Counted from the first letter of the stretch, positions 25,484 through 32,000 are shown. The stretch: 32,000 nucleotides of DNA from Pyrobaculum aerophilum str. IM2 (GCF_000007225.1 NC_003364.1:1590001-1622000); one strand, 5' to 3'. Notes: generated by a model not told the origin, from the sequence alone. Made by a program: numbers and translations.

Positions 25484-27084
25484 TATCTCCCTACGCTATA
25501 AACGTCAGTTCCCACATAGGTCTGTCCGCGCCATGTCCATATCTTTGCAGCCACCGGCGAGTTAGTGCTAGAGCTCGGCGGCAAATACATATTCGTACCC
25601 ACATTGTAAACAAGTGTCTGAATACAATCCGGAGAGTATGCATTTTTATAGTAGACGCTGAAACTCTCCCATGTCATGTAAGTTGAGCCACCAAGACGTC
25701 TTAATATGATATTTACCAGGGGAGGTGAACTTTCTGCCCATCCCTTGATCCAGACTACTTCTGTTTTATCTCCGCTACTTGATATACGTAAATAGGCACT
25801 AGCAGATTGAAAGATATTTTGAACGATTTTTAACGCAATAGAATAATAATCAGAATTCTGATTATTACGACCTAATATGGCTAATATCCAGTCTATAGCA
25901 TCTATAACCCCCTGGCCTAAAGCGGCCCACCACTTTTCTTCAACCGCCTCATCACCATAGAGTACAACATTTCCTCCGACTTGCGGACCTCTTATTACCC
26001 ACTTTGCACCACAGTGCAATGAGTTTGTAGCCATAGATAGAACTATTTCACTGCTACTTGCTCTTATTTCAGAAATAACATTTAGCCGAGAGGTATAATT
26101 CACGGGATCGAGAGCTTGTAGTGTGTTTAAAATTAACATTTCACCCCAATGCCCATAAGGCACACCTACTACAGGGTTAATGTATTGAGAAGAAAATGGC
26201 TCCACCCAGCGATCAAAAATAACCTCAAGTGGTTGATCAGGCGAAAAGCTAATGCTCCCGCCGTAATTTAGGTAATCACCATAGACAATTGAAACTGATA
26301 AACCACCGCCAGTGCTTATTGCCTTCGAAATAATATATCCCCTTAGCGGTATTTTCAACTCCACAGTTGATATGTTATACGTGCATGTCCACATATGTGG
26401 CGTGGAGGATGCAGGAGCGATAAATCTGAAGCCGTAGTAAATCTGGTTTATATAATAGTACATCGCCAAGTATGGGCATATACTACCATACCATGTCACC
26501 TTCACAGTATGGGCAGGTATTCTTACAGTGCTGTAAGTAGTACCGCCATTAGCTGACACTATACCATCATAAGCCACATAGGGGCCAAAGAGTATAGCGA
26601 CTTTGCCATTACTCTGATCAAAGTTAATTGTTGTCAATGGATGCGTCGTTGCCTTCGAGGTGGCGACTTGAGCCAAGTTATTAACTGTCTTTTGATACTT
26701 CACAGCAACATAGACATTTATACTTGCCAACTCTGCGATCCCACTTGCTTTAATTCTTAACCCTATCTGGCTGTTCTGCGGCAGATTGGGCGATAGATTA
26801 GTCCATCCATTGCCGTAATTTGGTAGGGATATTGACATTGTGGTGATCTGCGAACATGTATCTAAATTGTAAAACTCTAAAGTGAGGTAGCCGCCAGTAA
26901 TATAGCCGTCAACCTTAACTCCGACAGTAAGGTTTTGCACCTCATACCCTACCCAGTGCATATTTTCTCGGCAAATGTAGGTGTTCCCTACTGGAGAATC
27001 CACTGGTAAGTATTCGCTAAAAGTGCGGGCTACGCTCACGGATTTGAAATACAAGCTCCCCACAGGGTATACCGTCATGCCCAC
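25483..27084 (-). CDS. Orphan 533-aa protein, Y/S/T/N/G/V-rich (beta-rich), low-GC gene
   Basis: Long uninterrupted ORF. Two hand-counted 120-nt samples gave 33% and 43% GC, against roughly 55-60% (estimated by eye, not counted) in neighbouring genes. No signal peptide and no family recognised. Confidence 0.55.
   Translation of the reverse strand: MGMTVYPVGSLYFKSVSVARTFSEYLPVDSPVGNTYICRENMHWVGYEVQNLTVGVKVDGYITGGYLTLEFYNLDTCSQITTMSISLPNYGNGWTNLSPNLPQNSQIGLRIKASGIAELASINVYVAVKYQKTVNNLAQVATSKATTHPLTTINFDQSNGKVAILFGPYVAYDGIVSANGGTTYSTVRIPAHTVKVTWYGSICPYLAMYYYINQIYYGFRFIAPASSTPHMWTCTYNISTVELKIPLRGYIISKAISTGGGLSVSIVYGDYLNYGGSISFSPDQPLEVIFDRWVEPFSSQYINPVVGVPYGHWGEMLILNTLQALDPVNYTSRLNVISEIRASSSEIVLSMATNSLHCGAKWVIRGPQVGGNVVLYGDEAVEEKWWAALGQGVIDAIDWILAILGRNNQNSDYYSIALKIVQNIFQSASAYLRISSSGDKTEVVWIKGWAESSPPLVNIILRRLGGSTYMTWESFSVYYKNAYSPDCIQTLVYNVGTNMYLPPSSSTNSPVAAKIWTWRGQTYVGTDVYSVGR
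25844..25867. repeat. Perfect 24-bp palindrome inside the 533-aa ORF
   Basis: TAATAATCAGAATTCTGATTATTA is self-complementary about GAATTC. Confidence 0.9.
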
Positions 27085-27090
27085 AGACGT

Positions 27091-27261
27091 CCCCTATCCC
27101 CCCCGGGCGCCCCGGGGGACACGGGGCCCCGGATCGCCAGAGGCTTCCGGGGCGGGCCGCGCCCGGGGCGTCGGCAACCCCCTCGGCGGGCTCTCCCCGC
27201 CTTCGGCCCGCGCGCCAGGGCCGCCCCGCCCTGCCCGGGGCGGGGTGGGGGGCGTAGGGGG
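27091..27261. other. GC-rich structured element 1 (candidate ncRNA or 5' leader; about 87% GC)
   Basis: My hand count gave 139 G+C in 27101-27260. The termini can pair (CCCCT/AGGGG plus CCCCCC/GGGGGG). G-quadruplex-type tract GGGGCGGGGTGGGGGGCGTAGGGGG at 27237-27261. The 61-bp core 27194-27254 is homologous to 28376-28436. Confidence 0.4.
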
Positions 27262-27495
27262 ACTCCATGTCTCTAATTCAACTGGTATTTAACATTGATT
27301 AACTGTGGGGGTGGCTGTTGTTCAAGGCTAGAACTGTGCCGTGTGCCGTCGGCGTTGTGGACAGTTTTGAATAAGAGCGGTACCGGATAGGTGTCTTTTG
27401 CCGTTCAAAAGAGGCGCTTCCCGCGTGGCTGGCGTTGTAGGCGGCTTTGAACAAAGACGGGGCGGAAGCCGCCTTGCTCAGCAATTTGCCAGTCG

Positions 27496-27653
27496 TCCTG
27501 ATATTGGCATTTGTCAAGAGGGTACACGCTTTCCTGATACGATTTCCTGATTTACATTTTTCGTGAATCAGGTAATCTATCAGGAACCTGAGTCAGGTTC
27601 CTGATACGTTTCCTGATCGATGAAAAAAGTTTGTCAGGAAACGATGTCAGGAA
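27496..27653. repeat. Array of TTCCTGAY boxes; the 123-bp dyad-symmetric core is 27531-27653
   Basis: Forward boxes at 27531, 27544, 27598 and 27610. Reverse boxes at 27567, 27579, 27633 and 27646. A 7-mer at 27496. Perfect 27-bp palindrome at 27579-27605. Confidence 0.9.
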
Positions 27654-27677
27654 AGCGCAAGTTCTCTTTACATTTGG

Positions 27678-28211
27678 CTATTTTTCCCTGCGGCTCACTC
27701 CGTATATCTTCACGTAGTTGCACATCTCCCCGCAGTACAGGCCGTATTGCTTGCAGTAGCGCTCCTCCACGGGGCGGCCGGGCGGCGGGGGCGGCTCCAC
27801 CAGCTCGGCCTCGGTGCCTGTGCACTTAAGGTACCGTCTGAACGCCTCGTAGGCCGCCCTCGTTATGTCCACTACGACGCGGCGCGTGCCGTTGTCCACC
27901 TCAAGAGTCCACCTCTCAAAGCCGCGGGGGAGCTCACCCCTGCCGCGGGGGAAGAGCGCCTCTCTAGGCAAGCGGAGGATATAGCGAGAGGCGTTGTAGT
28001 ACGGCATTGTGGTCCACTCCCCAGTGGCTACGATATATGTCTCTACAGACTGCGGCACGTATACTACCTCCACGGGCTCCCACCTCTGCCCCACCCAGAC
28101 GTAAATATGCAAACCGTCTACGTCTGGTCCGTTATCTACGTAAACTTCTATTTGCGTAGCGTAGATTAACGCCACTAGCGAAATCACTGCCAGCGCCCAA
28201 TTTGACAACAT
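27678..28211 (-). CDS. Orphan secreted/membrane-anchored protein with Pro-rich linker and Cys-containing C-terminal tail
   Basis: Start reset to the ATG at 28211 (MLSNWALAVISLVALIYA... signal anchor). The palindromic TATA TTTATAAA lies at 28228-28235. C-terminus: PPPPPGRPVEERYCKQYGLYCGEMCNYVK. Confidence 0.5.
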   Translation of the reverse strand: MLSNWALAVISLVALIYATQIEVYVDNGPDVDGLHIYVWVGQRWEPVEVVYVPQSVETYIVATGEWTTMPYYNASRYILRLPREALFPRGRGELPRGFERWTLEVDNGTRRVVVDITRAAYEAFRRYLKCTGTEAELVEPPPPPGRPVEERYCKQYGLYCGEMCNYVKIYGVSRREK

Positions 28212-28255
28212 GAATGGAAAAAAGGAGTTTATAAAGATTACGGAAAGTCTCAACC

Positions 28256-28438
28256 GGCCCCCACCCTGTTAGACGGCTTTAACAATAGCTCTCCGGAGAT
28301 CCTCCGGGACTCGGAGGCCGGGCAGGCTCATATCAACGCGCCGAGAGCTTGCCAGTGGGACTGACCCCCGACGATTCCCCGCCTTCGGCCCGCTTGCGGG
28401 GACCGCCTTTACCTGCCGGGGGCGGACAGAGGGGCGCC
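28256..28438. other. GC-rich structured element 2 (related to element 1)
   Basis: The 61-bp core 28376-28436 matches 27194-27254 (18/18 identical block TCCCCGCCTTCGGCCCGC; 47/61 overall, ungapped). A 9-bp stem GGCAGGCTC/GAGCTTGCC lies at 28321-28353. An oligo-T run lies at 28453-28457. Confidence 0.4.
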
Positions 28439-28626
28439 AGAACCTTCATGAGTTTTTCTTACCGCCGTAGAGAAGATCCTACTGCTGTTGTCGCAACCGC
28501 TGTTGCCTAGGAAATTCGGCTTTTTACCTTGCACTCAACTACTGCCTCAGCCACCGCGAGCGGGTAGCCAGTATTGTAAATACCGCGAGCCTGTGAAGAC
28601 ATTTAAAATCTGGCATAAACTATGGC

Positions 28627-29313
28627 ATGTTAGAGGTAATTCTCCTCTTCATTGTAATAGTCCTGGCGCTCGTGCTCTACCACGAAAGGGCGAAAGTAAG
28701 ACTAATCCAGCAAGAGTTTGAGATGCAGAAACGCGCCTTGGAGGAACAACTGAGGAGAGAGATCGCCGCCAGGGAGGAATTATTGAGGAGAGAACTCGCC
28801 GTCAAGGAGGAGCAGCTGAGGAAGGAGGCGGAGCTCAAACTCGCCGAGTGGATCAAGGAGAAGGAGCGGGAGATTAGAGAGGACGCCATCAGGAGGTCTG
28901 TGGCAGTTCTGCTGGGCAGAGTCGGCGAACAGATGGCGCCTCTCCTCATGTCCCGAGAGCTCAACTTCGACCCGAGGGACTGTAGGTACATCGGAACTCC
29001 CGTGGACTACGTCGTATTTAAGGGCCTCAGCGATAGGGGAGAGGTCGAGGAGATTTTGTTCGTGGAGGTGAAGACCGGCAAGTCATCGTCTCTGTCAGAG
29101 AGGGAGAGGGCTGTCAGAAAGGCCGTGGAGAACAAGAGGGTTAGGTGGGTTACGTATAATCTGAGAGGCGCTGTGGAAAAAATCGGCACATTTCTGGAGC
29201 GGGATATAAAGAGCGTAGTTGAGGGCCAAATGCAAGAGCGCCTGAGGGAAAGTGCTCAATCCCCCGCTGAGAAAGTCCCCGAGCCGGCAATTTTCTCCAT
29301 TGAAAATTCATGA
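28627..29313 (+). CDS. Membrane-anchored coiled-coil protein with C-terminal Hjc-like (archaeal Holliday-junction-resolvase-related) nuclease domain
   Basis: N-terminal TM MLEVILLFIVIVLALVLY, then an E/R/K-rich heptad region. The nuclease-like motifs GEQMAPLL...PVDYVVF...FVEVKTGK fit the E-D-ExK pattern of COG4741/Endonuc_Holl-type proteins. TATA CATTTAAAATC lies ~25 nt upstream. Confidence 0.65.
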   Translation: MLEVILLFIVIVLALVLYHERAKVRLIQQEFEMQKRALEEQLRREIAAREELLRRELAVKEEQLRKEAELKLAEWIKEKEREIREDAIRRSVAVLLGRVGEQMAPLLMSRELNFDPRDCRYIGTPVDYVVFKGLSDRGEVEEILFVEVKTGKSSSLSERERAVRKAVENKRVRWVTYNLRGAVEKIGTFLERDIKSVVEGQMQERLRESAQSPAEKVPEPAIFSIENS

Positions 29314-29651
29314 ATTTTTTCAGGTAAACAAAATTTGGGAAATTCTCAAGAAGGTTGCGGGCGAAATGGAGAGACGAGGGGGCCATTACCCCAATATGTT
29401 AGCTGAAAATAAAGACGTTTCTCAACTCTTGGAACCAGTAAAGGCGGCTGAGATTTATTTTCAACGCCTCAGCGAGAAAAACCGCATAGTCAGCACAAGA
29501 CGGTAATTAGCCCCCGGGCGAAGTGGCTTGCGGCTTACGCAATATGCGGCTTCGGCATTACGCCGTGGCATTTCGGGTAATTATGTGCCAATGGGGTACT
29601 GAAAAAAGTTCATTTTTAAAAATATTTTTATAAAAAAATCGATTTTTTCAC

Positions 29652-31037
29652 ATGGCTAAACTCAAGCCGGATCCCACTTTCTACCCAACGCCTAGAGACG
29701 CCATGCGCGCCCCTCCTGAGGATATTGCCTATGTAGCGGCTTTATATGTGGGTACTGGCGTGAATGCGCCGGACTTCCTCGCGGTAGTTGACGTTGATCC
29801 CAAATCCCCCACATACGGCAAGGTTATCTACAAGCTGGATTTGCCCTATATAGGCGACGAGCTACACCACTTCGGCTGGAATGCCTGTTCCTCTGCCTAC
29901 TGCCCAAACGCCAAGCCGTTTTTAGAAAGGCGGTATTTAATCGTCCCCGCGCTTAGATCTTCGCGAATTTATATCGTAGATACCAAGCCCGATAAGAGGA
30001 GGCCCGCTGTGGCTAAAATCGTTGAGCCGGAGGTAGCCGTGGGGAGGACCGGCTATACGAAATACCATACTGTTCACTGCGGCCCAGACGCCATATACAT
30101 CTCGGCGTTAGGAGGCCCCGACGGCAGGGAGGGGCCGGGCGGAATATTCCTACTGGATCACGACACTTTTGAGCCAATAGGCAGGTGGGAGGTCTACAGA
30201 GGCCCTCAGTATTTCGCCTACGACTTCTGGTGGAATCTTCCCAGCGGCGTTATGATTACAAGCGAGTGGACCGTGCCGAGGTGTTTTGAGGAAGGCTTTA
30301 GTTTAGAGTGCTTAAAAGAAGGCGCCTACGGGAATAAGCTTCATGTATGGGACTTGGCAAAGAGAAGGCATTTATACGCCATAGATCTCGGCCAGGAGCA
30401 CAGAATGGTGTTAGAGGTTAGGCCTCTCCACGATCCCACTAAACTAATGGGCTTTGTAAACGTAGTGCTTAACACTAAAGATCTGTCCAGTTCCATATGG
30501 CTCTGGTTTTATGAAGATGGGAAGTGGCAGGCGGAGAGGGTAATTGACATTGAGGCACAGCCTTTTGAGGGACCTCTGCCGCCTGTGTTAAAAGATTTTA
30601 AAATGGTCCCGCCGCTTGTCACAGATATAGACATATCCCTCGACGACCGCTTCCTATACGTCTCTCTGTGGGGGCTTGGGGAGCTTAGACAATACGACAT
30701 TACAAACCCGCACCAGCCTAGGCTGGCAGGCAGGGTGAAAATCGGCGGCTTGTATCACAGAGAGCCGCACCCCTCGGGGGCCGAGGCCACGGGGGCGCCG
30801 CAGATGATCTCAGTGAGTAGAGACGGGAGGAGGGTCTACATCACTAACAGTCTTTACAGCAGTTGGAATAACCAGTTCTACCCAGGCCTCAGGGGCTGGA
30901 TGGCAAAAGTAAACGTAAATCCCGAGGGGGGTTTAGAGTTAGAAAAGGAGTTTTTCGTGGACTTCGGCAGGGCCAGGGCCCACCAAGTGAGGCTTTGGGG
31001 CGGCGACGCCTCCACCGACAGCTTCTGCTACCCATAA
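29652..31037 (+). CDS. Selenium-binding protein (SBP56) family / methanethiol-oxidase-like
   Basis: N-terminus KPDPTFYPTPRDAMRAPPEDIAYVA, plus HHFGWNACSS and RIYIVDTKPD, typical of SBP56. Confidence 0.85.
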   Translation: MAKLKPDPTFYPTPRDAMRAPPEDIAYVAALYVGTGVNAPDFLAVVDVDPKSPTYGKVIYKLDLPYIGDELHHFGWNACSSAYCPNAKPFLERRYLIVPALRSSRIYIVDTKPDKRRPAVAKIVEPEVAVGRTGYTKYHTVHCGPDAIYISALGGPDGREGPGGIFLLDHDTFEPIGRWEVYRGPQYFAYDFWWNLPSGVMITSEWTVPRCFEEGFSLECLKEGAYGNKLHVWDLAKRRHLYAIDLGQEHRMVLEVRPLHDPTKLMGFVNVVLNTKDLSSSIWLWFYEDGKWQAERVIDIEAQPFEGPLPPVLKDFKMVPPLVTDIDISLDDRFLYVSLWGLGELRQYDITNPHQPRLAGRVKIGGLYHREPHPSGAEATGAPQMISVSRDGRRVYITNSLYSSWNNQFYPGLRGWMAKVNVNPEGGLELEKEFFVDFGRARAHQVRLWGGDASTDSFCYP

Positions 31038-31040
31038 CCC

Positions 31041-31577
31041 GTGGATCTTTTTTCCCTATATCCCGTCTTATTGGGAGTTTTACACGGAGTAGACCCCAGC
31101 CGTGGGTGGCTCTTCGTGGCTTATGCCTATCATTTGGGCAAAAGCAGACTGAGGGCTATTGCCGTACTCCTGGCCCTTTGGTATGGACACAGCGCGGGCC
31201 TTTATCTCAGCTATGTGTCCTACAACCTCTTCGCCGCAGTGAAGCCGGCGCTGGCCGTAGCCCTTTTAGCCGTATCACTACTGCCGCTTTTCGTGAAGAC
31301 GCACGGGTTTATAAGGCCGTGGAGTAAGACAGGGGCGCTGTTTACAGCCGCCTTATTAGCCGGAGTTATACACGGCGGGGGGTTAATGCTCGGGGCGCTG
31401 TGCGGCTTTTCAAATGCGGCGTTTTTTATACACATAGCGACAACTCTAGCAGTAATGGGGGCCATGGCCGCCATAGCCTCGCTGTCTTTATCAATTATAA
31501 GACGTGTGTGGATAAACTACGACTATATTTATGCGGCGACTGGAATAGCCATATCCATATATCTCCTCCTGGCTTAA
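31041..31577 (+). CDS. Polytopic membrane protein, unknown function (possible transporter)
   Basis: GTG start 4 nt after the SBP56 stop. About 5-6 hydrophobic segments. LGVLHGVDPSRGW is faintly reminiscent of DsbD_2/UreH-like TM motifs, which is weak evidence. Confidence 0.45.
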   Translation: MDLFSLYPVLLGVLHGVDPSRGWLFVAYAYHLGKSRLRAIAVLLALWYGHSAGLYLSYVSYNLFAAVKPALAVALLAVSLLPLFVKTHGFIRPWSKTGALFTAALLAGVIHGGGLMLGALCGFSNAAFFIHIATTLAVMGAMAAIASLSLSIIRRVWINYDYIYAATGIAISIYLLLA

Positions 31578-31590
31578 AAATGGGCGAGGG

Positions 31591-31596
31591 AAAAAA
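31591..31596 (-). terminator. Oligo-T tract (T6 on the minus strand) downstream of the peroxiredoxin gene
   Basis: A6 on the plus strand, 20 nt past the TAA at 31616-31618. Archaeal termination commonly uses oligo-T runs. Confidence 0.3.
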
Positions 31597-31615
31597 GGGG
31601 TTATTTCTAAGGGGG

Positions 31616-32000
31616 TTATTTCTGAGCGCCTATTTTCTCAGCCTCTTTTATAACCTCATCGTATGGAGGCTCGTCGCGCGGATCGTCGCTGTACCACACG
31701 TATCTGATAGTGCCGGTGGGGTCTATAATATACACAGCTCTTTTCGCCAGATGGTAAAGCGGCAGGCCGAGGAGGTTGGCTTGAACCACGTCGTACATGC
31801 CTATAACAATACGGTTGTAGTCTGACAGAAGCGGGAAGTTGAGTCTGTTGGCGTCTTTAAACGCTTTTAGCGCGAAGGGGCTGTCTACCGATATGGCTAA
31901 AACCTCGGCGTTGGCCTTGTTTAAAAGCGCCATTTTATCTCTAAATGTACACAGCTCCTTGGTGCAGACAGAGGTAAACGCGCCTGGGAAGAACAGAAGC
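31616..32000 (-). CDS. Peroxiredoxin (Bcp/AhpC-TSA family), 5' end outside the window
   Basis: The reading frame continues upstream of the ATG at 31933 to the window edge: LLFFPGAFTSVCTKELCTFRDK (peroxidatic Cys motif). Confidence 0.8.
   Translation of the reverse strand, partial: LLFFPGAFTSVCTKELCTFRDKMALLNKANAEVLAISVDSPFALKAFKDANRLNFPLLSDYNRIVIGMYDVVQANLLGLPLYHLAKRAVYIIDPTGTIRYVWYSDDPRDEPPYDEVIKEAEKIGAQK

Noticed and set aside
27091-27261. SRP RNA (helix 8 GGAA tetraloop region) in element 1
   Set aside because: CCCCGGAAGCC and GGGCCGAAGGCGGGG superficially resemble the CCGGAAGG(G/A)AGCA motif. However, the flanking AGCA/GGCA loop residues and the closing base pairs do not fit.
26981-27292. 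ORFs 26981-27292 (+) and 27017-27268 (-) across GC-rich element 1
   Set aside because: Their translations are Pro/Gly/Arg/Ala low-complexity strings, as expected from any frame of ~87% GC DNA. They overlap each other and the 533-aa ORF start. I treat them as non-coding.
27299-27517. ORF 27299-27517 (-), 72 aa
   Set aside because: TTG start, Ser/Ala/Thr-rich with no features, in a repeat-containing non-coding stretch.
27496-27653. CRISPR array
   Set aside because: The repeated unit is only 8 bp, occurs in both orientations and has 4-5 bp or 15 bp gaps. There is no repeat-spacer periodicity and there are no cas genes.
28240-28282. RNase P RNA-like strings (ACGGAAAGTCT resembling CR-I GGAAAGUC; GACGGCTTTA resembling CR-V CGGCUUA)
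   Set aside because: The two strings are only ~30 nt apart. The first overlaps the promoter and 5' region of ORF 27678-28211. I found no P4 pairing and no other conserved regions, so this is probably coincidence.
27091-28438. GC-rich elements as a tRNA gene plus duplicated att site of an integrated element
   Set aside because: Neither strand has a T-loop (GTTCRAATC) or a cloverleaf. No integrase gene is in the window. The shared core is only 77% identical, whereas att duplications are usually exact.
29150-29506. ORFs 29150-29386 (-) and 29252-29506 (+)
   Set aside because: Both overlap the 3' end of the Hjc-like gene or each other and have no clear promoter. A 46-aa internal version (MERRGGHY...) cannot be supported from sequence alone.
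31597-31624. 15-bp tandem duplication GGGGTTATTTCTA / GGGGTTATTTCTG spanning the peroxiredoxin stop codon
   Set aside because: It is real in the sequence (12/13 identity) but only two short copies. Most simply it is a small slippage duplication in the terminator region.

Overview
The window looks like a gene-dense chromosomal segment of a hyperthermophilic crenarchaeon of the Pyrobaculum/Thermoproteus type. Three observations support this: three PaREP1-family ORFs, TATA-like A/T boxes about 20-30 nt upstream of most start codons (leaderless-style genes, which I used to re-set several starts), and Mn catalase and PQQ sugar dehydrogenase genes of kinds known from Pyrobaculum. The organism call is an inference and was not verified. 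Nt 1-24,300 and 29,600-32,000 carry mostly recognisable housekeeping, redox and stress genes. These are: a VapBC pair; a hemerythrin-like + MarR operon; an FAH/ADH/GlcG/VOC operon; PQQ dehydrogenase; 4-hydroxybutyryl-CoA dehydratase + CBS; Mn catalase; a PhnCDE-like ABC transporter; ferritin-like, NifX-like and FAD-oxidoreductase genes; a DsrE-like/TusA sulfur-relay operon; PCD + CDF transporter; a DUF255 thioredoxin protein flanked by PaREP1 paralogs; SBP56; and a peroxiredoxin. The unusual part is nt ~24,300-29,500. It contains about 700 bp with no credible ORF, a low-GC orphan 533-aa ORF with a membrane partner, and two related, extremely GC-rich (~87% GC) ~170-180 bp non-coding elements. 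It also contains a 123-bp dyad-symmetric array of TTCCTGAY boxes, an orphan secreted Cys-tailed protein, and a TM + coiled-coil + Hjc-like nuclease. Elsewhere I found two sets of promoter modules shared between unlinked genes (candidate regulons), a frameshifted regulator paralog, and a low-confidence C/D-box sRNA candidate. No tRNA, rRNA, CRISPR array, integrase or transposase was recognised. All homology calls come from motif recognition by eye, not from searches.
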